Assembly (NCBI GenBank): GCA_965213705.1
Contig: OZ243913.1
Coordinates: 2,464,001-2,528,000 of the forward strand
Direction: 5' to 3'
DNA from: Trueperaceae bacterium
GTDB lineage: Bacteria > Deinococcota > Deinococci > Deinococcales > Trueperaceae
Length of the DNA stretch: 64,000 nt
Made by a program: the position numbers and the translations under genes. The notes under the pieces are model-generated. The model had not been told where the DNA came from and made no database searches. It worked only from the letters and a program-made list of their open reading frames with translations. Positions 1-12,705 of the stretch are shown here, one piece after another (the stretch's first letter is position 1; each line of letters opens with the position of its first letter).

Positions 1-1194
1 CCCGCCCGCCTTGACCGCGCGGGTTTGGTGGCGGCCGAGGCGGAAGCCGTCCAACTTGCCGAACGGGTGCGCGCCTTGCGCGCCGCCGCCACGCAACGCG
101 CCACCACGTTTCAAGAGGCGCGCCAAACTTTACTGCTCGGCGAGCAGCGCTGGCAACAGTACGCCGAAGCGCAGCGACGGTTCGAAGCGGCCGAGCAGCA
201 GCGCGCCCGGCTGGCCGAACGGCTCGGCGACTTGCTCACCCTGCAAGGTGACGTTGAACGCGACCTGCAGGCGGCGCACCGGGCGTTTACAACGGCTCAG
301 GCCGCTCAGCCCAGCGACCTTGAAACCAAAAAAGCCGCCTGGCAAACAACCAAGGCCGAGGCCGACCGTCTCGAGGCCGCCCTGTCGCCCCTGAGCGAGA
401 GCCAGGCCGGTTACGCCGAAGACTTGGAGCGCGTCAAGGTGTCTTTAGCCCGGCGCGAGGCCGCCCTGGAGCTGGCCCAAGAGGACTTGGCCGGGTTTCC
501 ACCCGGTTTGGAGCGGTTGGACAGGAGCGCCCGAGCCTGCCGCGAACAACTCACCGAAGTCGAAACCGAGCTGACAGCGCTGGGACCCGTCAACCACCGC
601 GCCACTCAAGACGTGCAAGACAGCCGCGCACGTCTCGCCGAACTGCAAGCACAACTTGCCGAAGCCCGGCAAGCCGTCGCCGAGTTAAGAGAAGCCTTGG
701 CGACCCTCGACGCGGAGACGAGTTCGCGCTTGGCGGTGGCGACCGGCGCGTTGCGCCGCAACTTCAAACACTACGTTGGCGAGTTGTTCGGGGCCGAGGC
801 CGAAGCGGATGTAGAGACGCTCTACGAAGAGCAGCGCCCGGTGGGCATCCGCATCGCGCTGCAGCCGCCGGGTAAGCAAACGACGGCCCTGAACTTGCTC
901 TCGGTCGGTGAACGGACGATGGGCGCGCTGGCGTTTTTGTTCTCGCTCATGCAGGGCGACCCCGCGCAACGCCTGCCCCTCGCTGTTTTAGACGAAGTCG
1001 ACGCGCCCCTCGACGAGGCGAACATTCGCCGCTTCTGCGCGTTCTTAGAGCAGCTCGCCAAGCAAGGCACGCAGTTTGTCCTCATCACCCACCAAAAAGC
1101 AACCTTTGAGATTGCCGACGTCCTGTGGGGCGTGACCTCCGACCGGGGGGTCAGCCGGCTGTTTAGCATTCGCCGTGAAGACCCCGTAGCTTAG
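1..1194 (+). CDS. smc: Chromosome segregation protein SMC, C-terminal part (5' end outside window)
   Basis: Long coiled coil, LGPVN motif, signature LLSVGER, Walker B/D-loop VLDEVDAPLD and QFVLITH; frame open from base 1. Confidence 0.92.
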   Translation, partial: PARLDRAGLVAAEAEAVQLAERVRALRAAATQRATTFQEARQTLLLGEQRWQQYAEAQRRFEAAEQQRARLAERLGDLLTLQGDVERDLQAAHRAFTTAQAAQPSDLETKKAAWQTTKAEADRLEAALSPLSESQAGYAEDLERVKVSLARREAALELAQEDLAGFPPGLERLDRSARACREQLTEVETELTALGPVNHRATQDVQDSRARLAELQAQLAEARQAVAELREALATLDAETSSRLAVATGALRRNFKHYVGELFGAEAEADVETLYEEQRPVGIRIALQPPGKQTTALNLLSVGERTMGALAFLFSLMQGDPAQRLPLAVLDEVDAPLDEANIRRFCAFLEQLAKQGTQFVLITHQKATFEIADVLWGVTSDRGVSRLFSIRREDPVA

Positions 1195-1212
1195 GTGATT
1201 TCAACCAGTTAA

Positions 1213-1260
1213 GCAACAAAAAACGCACAAGCTTAACTGTTGTGAAATAAAACACTTGAT
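1213..1260 (-). repeat. ~48-bp AT-rich dispersed repeat, copy A (minus orientation)
   Basis: Reverse complement atcaagtgttttatttcacaacagttaagcttgtgcgttttttgttgc aligns with copies at 2991, 6947 and 16986. Confidence 0.7.
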
Positions 1261-1296
1261 TATCTTAGCTTAGTGTTACTCGCAACAGACGTTGAA

Positions 1297-1359
1297 GCCT
1301 CTTCCCTACCGAAACCCTCGAGCCTTACGAAGGCTTGAGGGTTTCGGTAGGGAAGAGGC
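1297..1359. terminator. 30-bp-stem hairpin between convergent smc and recombinase genes
   Basis: gcctcttccctaccgaaaccctcgagcctt-acg-aaggcttgagggtttcggtagggaagaggc, one mismatch; ends 2 nt from the recombinase stop. Confidence 0.75.
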
Positions 1360-1361
1360 CG

Positions 1362-2414
1362 CTACCAGTCGTCGATGTCCTCGCCGATTTCTTCGGTGCT
1401 GAGTTTGGCGTAGCGGCGGGTGGTCTGGATGCTCGAGTGCCGTAAGTGTGCTGCTACCCGCCCGAGGTCGCGCACCTGCCGGTAGTAGCGCGTGCCGGCG
1501 TAGTGGCGCAGGCCATGAACCGCCGAAGCGGCGTAGTCGTCGCTCATGCCCTGCAATTGGCAGAACGCTTCGAACTTGAGTCGCGCGTGGTTGGTCGTCC
1601 AAGGGAGGACGTAGTCTTTTGTCCGCCGGTTTTTGTAGCGGAGGTCGTCGCCGTAAACCTGGCGGTAACTCTCGAGAATGCCCAGGGTGCGCCCGGTCAA
1701 CCGTACGGCTTTTCGGGTGCCGCCTTTGCCGTGAACCGTCATACGCCGCCGCGCCCAGTCGACGTGCTGCCAGCACAGCGCGGTCATCTCGCCGATGCGC
1801 AGCCCGGCGTGCGCGCCGAGGACGACCATCACGGCGACGGCCCCGGCACCGTCGCGCTCGGCGGCGCTGAGCAACGCTTCTACGGCTTCGTCGCTCCAGG
1901 GTGGGGTTTTGTCCTGAACTTCTTCCTTGTCGGGGGGCGCGTGAACGTCGGTGAAGGGTTTGGCGGTCGTGGCCCCGGCCCACTCGAGCGCGTCGTACAA
2001 CAGTCTGGCCGCCGCCAACTTTACCCCGATGGTACTGGGGCTCAGCGGCTTCGTCTCGTCGTAATCCTGCTCAAAACGTTGGCGACCCTTGCGGATGAGC
2101 ACGTGAGTACGCATGAGTTGGTTGCGGTAGGTCGTCCCAGCGTCGCTGCTCGGGTGCAGCAGGTTCTCGTGGCCGAAGGCTTCCAACACGTCTTGAACCC
2201 CGCGCCGGTAGAGGCGCACCGTACCCTGCGAAACGTTCACGCCCGACTTGGAGCGTTTGTAGAGGTAGGCCTCGCACAAACCCAAGACCTCGTCCTCGTC
2301 GCGCTCGTTCACCGCCTTGAGAATGCGGACGCGCCGTTTCTCGGGCGTGAGCTTGGCCCAGTCCTCGTAGATGTCCAGGGGTGCTAGGCCGGTGTAACGC
2401 TCGAGGTCAGCCAT
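1362..2414 (-). CDS. Tyrosine recombinase/integrase (Xer-like, 350 aa)
   Basis: Catalytic motifs HAGLRIGE (R), GKG (K), HGLRH (HxxR), HLRHSSIQTTRRY (H...Y). Confidence 0.93.
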   Translation of the reverse strand: MADLERYTGLAPLDIYEDWAKLTPEKRRVRILKAVNERDEDEVLGLCEAYLYKRSKSGVNVSQGTVRLYRRGVQDVLEAFGHENLLHPSSDAGTTYRNQLMRTHVLIRKGRQRFEQDYDETKPLSPSTIGVKLAAARLLYDALEWAGATTAKPFTDVHAPPDKEEVQDKTPPWSDEAVEALLSAAERDGAGAVAVMVVLGAHAGLRIGEMTALCWQHVDWARRRMTVHGKGGTRKAVRLTGRTLGILESYRQVYGDDLRYKNRRTKDYVLPWTTNHARLKFEAFCQLQGMSDDYAASAVHGLRHYAGTRYYRQVRDLGRVAAHLRHSSIQTTRRYAKLSTEEIGEDIDDW

Positions 2415-2477
2415 TGGGTTGTAAGTCCTGACAGGTGGAAAGAGGTATCATCATAGCCCATTTTAATCTCTTTTCAA

Positions 2478-2505
2478 ATCGGTGAAAAGAAACATTTTCA
2501 CTTGT
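2478..2505. other. Candidate dif-like recombination site (11-6-11)
   Basis: ATCGGTGAAAA-GAAACA-TTTTCACTTGT; perfect 7-bp inner inverted repeat around a 6-bp spacer, about 64 bp upstream of the recombinase. Confidence 0.55.
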
Positions 2506-2559
2506 TTATACATTTTGAGTTGGTGTGCGGGCTACAGTTCCTAGTTTAAAGTATAAAGT

Positions 2560-2964
2560 GTGATGCAAATCAACCCCTTTCGTGTTTGTCCCAACGGTCA
2601 CTACCCATTGGGGCTACGAATCTCTCATCTATGTTTGAGGCTAGCAGTTGTATTGACCATATCGTCTATTCTGCTTTTACCTTTGACTGAGTATCTCTGC
2701 ATAGGTGTACGGCTTTTTTGTGGGTCGGGGGGCACCGTGTTTAAGCTTTATACATGGTGGCTCTGGCTATCTGGGCCTGTTCTACTTGCTCATGCGATTA
2801 TTGAATCTCGGGTAATTACATCTAGGCTTAAGGAAAATCTAGAACTTGAAACGGGTCAGTGTCTGTGCAGTAACAAACAAAAGGATGGGCTTTTCACAGC
2901 GGCGTATCTGTTGTTTTGGATTTTGTCGCCAATTATTATCTTGCTCTTAAATAGTTTAGTTTAG
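2560..2964 (+). CDS. Hypothetical membrane protein (about 3 TM), AT-rich
   Basis: 134-aa ORF with hydrophobic segments; composition much lower in GC than the flanks. Confidence 0.55.
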   Translation: MMQINPFRVCPNGHYPLGLRISHLCLRLAVVLTISSILLLPLTEYLCIGVRLFCGSGGTVFKLYTWWLWLSGPVLLAHAIIESRVITSRLKENLELETGQCLCSNKQKDGLFTAAYLLFWILSPIIILLLNSLV

Positions 2965-2990
2965 TATCTTAGCTCAGTTTTTTCTCTTCA

Positions 2991-3039
2991 TTCAAGTTAA
3001 AAGATTCACAATAATTACAGGTCGTGAAATTTTTGTTTC
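2991..3039 (+). repeat. ~48-bp dispersed repeat, copy B
   Basis: ttcaagttaaaagattcacaataattacaggtcgtgaaatttttgtttc (1-nt insertion relative to C and D). Confidence 0.65.
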
Positions 3040-3095
3040 TTTTATAAGCTTAGTCGGGGGCTCGAGCCCCCGACCATTCGGGGTACACTGAGAGC

Positions 3096-6836
<3,741 letters not shown>

Positions 6837-6946
6837 ACCCCGGTTCGATTGGGGTTTACAACGGGTCGGTAAACGTTCCTGCCGAAATGGCCCAAGCAAT
6901 TCGAGTTTTCTTGCAGACGCGCCCATACACACTCCTGCACAGAATC

Positions 6947-6994
6947 TGTAGGTGATATATTTCACAATAGCTTAGCGCGTGAACTTTTTCTTTC
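6947..6994 (+). repeat. ~48-bp dispersed repeat, copy C (between convergent genes)
   Basis: tgtaggtgatatatttcacaatagcttagcgcgtgaactttttctttc. Confidence 0.75.
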
Positions 6995-7042
6995 GAGTTC
7001 AAAGTTTTTTGGTCTAATCCGAGTGCAGGCCGACGAGCTATG

Positions 7043-7540
7043 TCAGGGCGTGGGGGACGTTCCGAACTCTGCCAAGAGAGCTTGCACGACCTCGACTATA
7101 AACCTGTCCGCAAGTTTGAGGTCGGCGCTGTTGCCGGCCGTGGTCGAATAAGCCAACGACGCGGCGTTCGTCCCTGCCGGACGAACCACGACGGAAAGCA
7201 GCGTCGGCTCGTCCCGTACTGTTCCCGGGCTCGAGAACCCGAAGCTCAGCGAGCCGTTTCTAAAGTTGAGGCCGAGCCGGTCCGCTCCTACCGCGCCGAC
7301 AACGCGCCCCCGCCCCAGGCGCAGGGCGGTGATAAGCCCCGTGTCACGGTCGGCCGTGTCGAGGGCGAAACCGACCCGTGTGGAAAAGGTCGCGACCCGG
7401 GTCGACGCGACGGCTTGGAGAGTCGCGTCGAACAGCGTGTCGTAGTCGGTGTTGAAAACGTAAGGCTGCAACGGCGGCTGCACCGCCGGGGCACAAGCGC
7501 CCAGCAGAATGAGCAAACTGAGTAGCGCGGTTCGTAACAC
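7043..7540 (-). CDS. Hypothetical lipoprotein
   Basis: GGAGG then GTG at 7540; lipobox LLGAC after a hydrophobic stretch. Confidence 0.75.
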   Translation of the reverse strand: MLRTALLSLLILLGACAPAVQPPLQPYVFNTDYDTLFDATLQAVASTRVATFSTRVGFALDTADRDTGLITALRLGRGRVVGAVGADRLGLNFRNGSLSFGFSSPGTVRDEPTLLSVVVRPAGTNAASLAYSTTAGNSADLKLADRFIVEVVQALLAEFGTSPTP

Positions 7541-7824
7541 GGTAGCCTCCTCGAAACCCACAAAACTGCTCGTGCGGGACGTCGTTAGGCTATTGTACTA
7601 AACGAGAGCGAAAGAGACCTTAAATTAAAAGTTAAAGGGACTCCGGGTTAGAGAGGTTTTCGGGTAAAGAGACCCCGGGGTCGGTCTGGATGCAAACTGT
7701 GCCCAAGCGGTTTTGGGACGGGGTGACTCTTCCGGTCGCCTGGGTCCAGCCGTTTTCAGCTCGAGCGGCCGCTCAGCAACGTGGGGCAACGAACGACGAA
7801 CTTGCCGGGTCAGGGTTTGCCGGG

Positions 7825-8940
7825 TCAGCCGAAGACCGTCAGTCCCGTCGAAGGCGTGTTGCGGTTGCGCATTAGGTCTATTTGGGTCGCCGCCATTTTG
7901 AACGCCTGCATACTCGTCGCCGAGGTGAGGCCGATTTCGTAGTCGATGACGTCGTCGGCGTAGAGCTGGGCGATGTTGTCGTCGAAGGTCTGCATACCGT
8001 CGAGCTTGGAGTCTTTGAGCGCGTCGTAGAGTTCGTGGCTGCGGTCCTCGTCTTTGATAAGGTCCTTGATGCGCATGGTGCCTTTCATGACCTCTTGCGC
8101 GGCGACCCGGCCTTTGCCGCCTTTGCGGGGCAGCAGCCGCTGCGAAACCACCCCGACGAGCGACTCGGCGAACAGCACGCGCGCCGTTTCGCGCTCGTGC
8201 GGCGGGAACAGCTCGATGACGCGGTTCACGGTGCGCACCGTGTCGATGGTGTGCAGGGTGCTGAACACGAGGTGACCCGTTTGCGCCGCCGAGATAGCCG
8301 CCGCGGCGGTGGCGTAGTCGCGAATTTCGCCGATGAGGATGACCTCGGGGTCTTGGCGCATAGCGGCGCGGAGCGCTTCGGAAAATGACGGCGCGTCCGG
8401 CCCGATTTCGCGCTGCACGATAATGGAGCGCTTCGGTTTGTGCAAAAACTCGATGGGGTCTTCGACGGTGATGATCATTTTGGCGTGAACGGCGTTGATT
8501 TCGTCGATGATGCGGGCCAAGGTCGTCGACTTACCCGAACCCGTAGGTCCGGTGACGAGAACGAGGCCTTTTTCTTGGTCGCGGAAGTAGTCGAGCGTTT
8601 CCAAGGGTAAGTTGACCACCTGAAGCTGCGACGAATCCGAGTTGATGACGCGCAAAACCGCGCTGACGCTGCCGCGCTGCCGAAACAAGTTCAAGCGAAA
8701 GCGCGCGACGCCCGCCACGCTGTAGGCCAAGTCGACCTGGTTGTCTTCACGAAACACTTGCTTTTGCTTGTCGTTGCACACGATGTCGACGATGGCGTCG
8801 GTAAATTTGGCGGTAAGGTTGTTCTCGCTCACGGGCACGAGTTTGCCGTTTACGCGAATCATAGGTTGGAGGCCGGCGTGCAGGTGAATGTCGGACGCGC
8901 CGCGTTTGACAAAACCGCCCAGGAGTTCGTCGAAGGTCAT
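7825..8940 (-). CDS. pilT: Type IV pilus retraction ATPase, PilT/PilU family
   Basis: ASDIHL, GPTGSGKSTT, TVEDPIE, RQDPEVILIGEIRD, TGHLVFSTLHT, GMQT; AIRNLIRE motif is divergent (RIKDLIKD), so it could be a PilU-type paralogue. Confidence 0.88.
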   Translation of the reverse strand: MTFDELLGGFVKRGASDIHLHAGLQPMIRVNGKLVPVSENNLTAKFTDAIVDIVCNDKQKQVFREDNQVDLAYSVAGVARFRLNLFRQRGSVSAVLRVINSDSSQLQVVNLPLETLDYFRDQEKGLVLVTGPTGSGKSTTLARIIDEINAVHAKMIITVEDPIEFLHKPKRSIIVQREIGPDAPSFSEALRAAMRQDPEVILIGEIRDYATAAAAISAAQTGHLVFSTLHTIDTVRTVNRVIELFPPHERETARVLFAESLVGVVSQRLLPRKGGKGRVAAQEVMKGTMRIKDLIKDEDRSHELYDALKDSKLDGMQTFDDNIAQLYADDVIDYEIGLTSATSMQAFKMAATQIDLMRNRNTPSTGLTVFG

Positions 8941-9173
8941 AACGCTAAGCTAGCAGGCAAACCTTTACAAAATTCTTACGCGGACTCCGGCACAAGGGCA
9001 AGACCGCGGCGTCCGCCGGGCGCTTGGCTTAGGGGCGGCTCGAGCGGTCCCGACGGTTGGTCATTCGAATAGGTGCAGCGGCCCGCACCGTCACCCAGTC
9101 TAGTCCGCGCCGCCGGCCTCCAAACCGCAACCGTCACACCGGGCGCGGGTTTTCGGCTTGTGTCGTGAAAGGG

Positions 9174-10307
9174 TCAGCGCGAACCGAACGGTCCCCCCAA
9201 CGGTTTCAACGGCGTCGTGGCGTCGGTTTGGCCGTAAGGATAGAGGTCGTAGTTGGTCAGCTCGACGTAGCCCAAGCCAGACGGCGCGCCGCTGGCCGTG
9301 ACCGCACCCTCCCAGTAAACGATGCCGGTGCTGGCCCGCGTGTCCATCTCTTGCCCTAAAAGTCGCGGCGTGATGACGGTTTCAATGCCCAAGCGGGGCA
9401 CGCGCAAACGCCAACCGAGCGGGTAGACAGCGCCCGTTTCGGGGCTTTCCCAGGTCACGCCGGTGGGTTCCAAAACAAAATCTCGAGCTTCTAAGTTGAC
9501 GCTGCGGCCGCTCCGCGTCACGAACGTACCCGCCGCCGTGCTGTACTCGCCACTCGGCTGACGAATGAGGTAGAGCATGAGTTCGGTGTTATCGTCAAAC
9601 TGCAGGCTGAACCAGTCCCAACCGGCGTAACTCGACAAGTCGAAGTCACCCCACTGGTGGTCGTGCCACGCCTGTCCCTGAACCTGGTGGACGGTGCAAA
9701 AGGGGTCGCAGTCGGTGTAGAGTTTACCCTCGGCCTTCATGCGGGTGTAAGAGAGGTAGTAACTCACGCCGCCCGGCCCCATCGACTGAATGCCCGGCGG
9801 GCTGCCGTGCAGGACGACCGGTTTGGTGGGCGTGACGGTGAGTTCCAAGCGCTTGTTGCCGACCGAGGCCGCGACAGCCACGCTGCCGTCCTCGGCGGCT
9901 ACCGCGTACCAGTCGGCAACTTTGACGTAGAGCTTGTCAGCCGAGGTAGTCGCTTTGTAACCCCAGAAGTCTGCGCGTTCGGCTTTCTCGAACGTCTCAG
10001 CGTCGACGTCGGTGATGGCAAAATGCGCGACGTGGCCCTTGTCGATGAGCAGGTCGGCCGGTAAAAAGCCGAACAGCTTGATGCCCGGCGGCGTGTAGGC
10101 CTTGAAAAAAGTCAGTTCGAAGCCGTACTCGTGTCCGGTTTCGTCGCTGAGATGGCCCGTGTAGTACCACCATTCGATGGGCGCGCGGTGGGCGGCCTCG
10201 TCGCGCGGCAACGTTACGGCCTTGACCGGATAAGGCGTCGAATAGATAGAGGGCGCGCAGGCGGCCAACAGCAAACACAGGATGGCGAGGCTTATCCAAC
10301 GGTTCAT
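9174..10307 (-). CDS. Lipocalin-like AttH/CrtC-related lipoprotein
   Basis: Lipobox LAAC; IEWWYYTG, SYYLSYTR, WHDHQW, GWDWFSLQ, YWEG and GYVELT motifs. Confidence 0.85.
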   Translation of the reverse strand: MNRWISLAILCLLLAACAPSIYSTPYPVKAVTLPRDEAAHRAPIEWWYYTGHLSDETGHEYGFELTFFKAYTPPGIKLFGFLPADLLIDKGHVAHFAITDVDAETFEKAERADFWGYKATTSADKLYVKVADWYAVAAEDGSVAVAASVGNKRLELTVTPTKPVVLHGSPPGIQSMGPGGVSYYLSYTRMKAEGKLYTDCDPFCTVHQVQGQAWHDHQWGDFDLSSYAGWDWFSLQFDDNTELMLYLIRQPSGEYSTAAGTFVTRSGRSVNLEARDFVLEPTGVTWESPETGAVYPLGWRLRVPRLGIETVITPRLLGQEMDTRASTGIVYWEGAVTASGAPSGLGYVELTNYDLYPYGQTDATTPLKPLGGPFGSR

Positions 10308-10369
10308 CTATAAACCATAAACCACTGCCCCCGCCCCAGACTGAGAGGGTGCTCGCGTTTGGGACCTTT

Positions 10370-10405
10370 GCCGAACAGACTGCCAACCAGACTGCCGAAC
10401 AGACT
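10370..10405 (+). repeat. 12-bp tandem repeat x3 in a divergent intergenic region
   Basis: gccgaacagact gccaaccagact gccgaacagact, bracketed by gagagggt/accctctc inverted repeat. Confidence 0.8.
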
Positions 10406-10479
10406 ACCGACCCTCTCGGCGACGGCGGGTAGACTGGGACGCGTGCCGGCCCCAACGAGGCGGCGCTTTAGGAGAAAGT

Positions 10480-11373
10480 ATGAACCGAATCCTACCTGTC
10501 GTTCTGGTCGTGAGCTTGTTGCTCGTGAGCGGGTTGTGGCTGTCGCGGCGCGCCGTTGCCGAGGCGGCGACAGAACAAGCTACCGAGCCGGTCGAAACGG
10601 TCTTAGGTGCCGAACTGCCCGAAGGCTTTACCCTTACGCCTTTTTTGAGCGAGGAACCGGTGCGCAGCTTCGAGGCGGCGGACGAGGTTTTGGAGCCCGG
10701 CGTCGACTACCAGGCCATCATCGTCACCAACGACGGACCCCTGCGTATTGACCTGTACGAGGACGAGGCCCCGACGACGGTCAACAACTTTGTGTTTTTG
10801 ACGCGCAACCATTACTACGACGGTGTCGTCTTTCACCGGGTGCTGGAAGACTTTATGGCTCAAACCGGCGACCCGACCGGCACCGGCACCGGCGGGCCGG
10901 GTTATCAGTTCGCCAACGAAACCTCACCCGACTTAAACCATGACCAGCGCGGCGTCGTGTCGATGGCGAACGCCGGGCCGGACACGAACGGCTCACAGTT
11001 TTTTATCACCTTCGGCCCCACCCCCCAACTCGACGGCGGTTACAACGTTTTCGGGCAAGTCGTCGAAGGCGACGCGGTGCTTGACGACATTACCCGCATC
11101 GACCCGCAAACCCCGAGCGCCGTCGTCGCGCCGGGTGACACACTCGAAACGCTTTCGGAGCAGGGCATCACGCTCGCCGGCGACGCTTCGCAAACCGTGG
11201 AGGCTTACCTCGCCGACAAACTCGGCGCAGAGACGACCCTCGGCCAAACCTTCGACATCGACGGGTACAAGGCGGTGGCGGGCCGGCGCGGCAACGACGA
11301 CGCTTACGGCTTTTTTCCGCAACCCGACGTCATGGAGCACGTCTACATCATTCAAAAACCGAAAAGCGAGTAG
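10480..11373 (+). CDS. Cyclophilin-type peptidyl-prolyl isomerase, exported
   Basis: Signal/TM N-terminus; [32 protein letters not shown]. Confidence 0.93.
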   Translation: MNRILPVVLVVSLLLVSGLWLSRRAVAEAATEQATEPVETVLGAELPEGFTLTPFLSEEPVRSFEAADEVLEPGVDYQAIIVTNDGPLRIDLYEDEAPTTVNNFVFLTRNHYYDGVVFHRVLEDFMAQTGDPTGTGTGGPGYQFANETSPDLNHDQRGVVSMANAGPDTNGSQFFITFGPTPQLDGGYNVFGQVVEGDAVLDDITRIDPQTPSAVVAPGDTLETLSEQGITLAGDASQTVEAYLADKLGAETTLGQTFDIDGYKAVAGRRGNDDAYGFFPQPDVMEHVYIIQKPKSE

Positions 11374-11382
11374 GAGAGACTA

Positions 11383-11943
11383 ATGGCTTATACACCCGAC
11401 GGTTACACCCAAACCGAACCCCTGTCCGACGAGCGCAAGACAAAGTTTTCCAAAGCGGAGGACGTTTTAGAGCAGGGCAAGGATTACCAGGCCGTCATCG
11501 AAACGAGCAAGGGCCGCGTGGTCGTCGACCTGTTTCAGGACGAGGCCCCGATGACGGTCAACAACTTTGTGTTTTTGGCGCGCAACCGTTACTACGACAG
11601 CGTCGTCTTTCACCGCGTTTTGGACGGCTTTATGGCTCAGGGCGGCGACCCGACCGGGTCCGGGCGCGGTGGGCCGGGTTACACCTTCGGCGACGAGACG
11701 AGCAACGGCAAACGCCACGACTCCAAAGGCGTGTTGTCGATGGCGAACGCCGGGCCGGGGACGAACGGCTCGCAGTTTTTCATCACTTTTACAGCGACAC
11801 CGCACTTGAACGGCAAACACACCGTCTTCGGCAAGGTCGTCGAGGGCGAAGAGGTCTTGGACAAACTCACCCGCATCGACCCGTCACGGCCCGGTGGGGC
11901 GACGCCGGACAAGATGGAGCAGGTTTATATCGTCGAGAAGTAG
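11383..11943 (+). CDS. Cyclophilin-type peptidyl-prolyl isomerase, cytoplasmic
   Basis: [40 protein letters not shown]. Confidence 0.95.
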   Translation: MAYTPDGYTQTEPLSDERKTKFSKAEDVLEQGKDYQAVIETSKGRVVVDLFQDEAPMTVNNFVFLARNRYYDSVVFHRVLDGFMAQGGDPTGSGRGGPGYTFGDETSNGKRHDSKGVLSMANAGPGTNGSQFFITFTATPHLNGKHTVFGKVVEGEEVLDKLTRIDPSRPGGATPDKMEQVYIVEK

Positions 11944-12029
11944 GGGCGAGTGAGGGAGTGGGAGGTGGGGAGTAAAGGCAAAAGCTTTTACTCCTTTTCT
12001 CTCTGCTCCCTTACTTCTGTCACTACGTC

Positions 12030-12701
12030 TCAAACAGCAACGACGACTTGAAAAGAAGGGTCGTGCTCGAGGTCGGGCGTCCCAGACACGACGAAATTCG
12101 CCCGTTCCCACGGCCGCTGCTCGGCTAAAAAAGGCAATTCTGCGGCCATCCACTCGTCCCAGAACACAACGGCCCCCGCGTCACCACCATCGCGAGCAAT
12201 GCCTCTAATTCTGGCTTGCTCTAGGTCCGCCTGCACCCACACCACTGTATCAACTATGTGCATCAGTTCGTGGCGGGCCGCGCCGACGCCTTCTAAAACC
12301 AGCAGCGAACAGTTTGGGGGTACTTTAATCGCGCCTTTCCGGTCTCGCTCTAGCCACGCCGGAGGTCGGTACTGCACGGCCTGACCGCGGCGGGCGGGCT
12401 CGAGCACTTCCTCGAGCAGCAACTCCGTCCAGTCGAAAAAGGAGTGATGCCAGGCAACGTCGTCGGTGTGGACCACGGCAGAGCCGGGAACGGCGCGGTG
12501 AAGCGTTCTAGCAAGGGTCGTCTTCCCGCTCGCGCTGCGCCCGTCGACGGCGACGACTTGTGTTTTATCCGGCGCGTGGGGAAGCTCTCGAAGTGATTGA
12601 ACGAACGTTTCTAGGGGCTCGACTTTCCACGGCCCGAAGTAAGGCTCTTCAGGAGGGAGAGAAAAAGCTCTCGACTCTCCCCTACTCCCTCTCTCCCCCA
12701 C
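12030..12701 (-). CDS. P-loop nucleoside/uridine kinase-like protein (start uncertain)
   Basis: VAVDGRSASGKTT, VHTDD, LVLEGVG; the N-terminal codons lie in a purine-rich repeat. Confidence 0.75.
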   Translation of the reverse strand: MGERGSRGESRAFSLPPEEPYFGPWKVEPLETFVQSLRELPHAPDKTQVVAVDGRSASGKTTLARTLHRAVPGSAVVHTDDVAWHHSFFDWTELLLEEVLEPARRGQAVQYRPPAWLERDRKGAIKVPPNCSLLVLEGVGAARHELMHIVDTVVWVQADLEQARIRGIARDGGDAGAVVFWDEWMAAELPFLAEQRPWERANFVVSGTPDLEHDPSFQVVVAV

Positions 12702-12705
12702 GCCC

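Noticed and set aside
1362..2414. Recombinase as the integron integrase for the attC at 43398
   Set aside because: It lacks the IntI-specific insertion between the GKG patch and HxLRH, and lies 41 kb away
7530..7590. attC at GTTAGGC/GCCTAAC (similar cores at 36410, 57098, 60135)
   Set aside because: No complementary L boxes or matching second R box
7620..7770. Riboswitch (c-di-AMP/c-di-GMP-like) downstream of pilT
   Set aside because: Only scattered short matches; I could not build the conserved structure by eye, and an Rfam scan would be needed
10370..10410. Mini CRISPR array
   Set aside because: Contiguous 12-bp units without spacers and no cas genes
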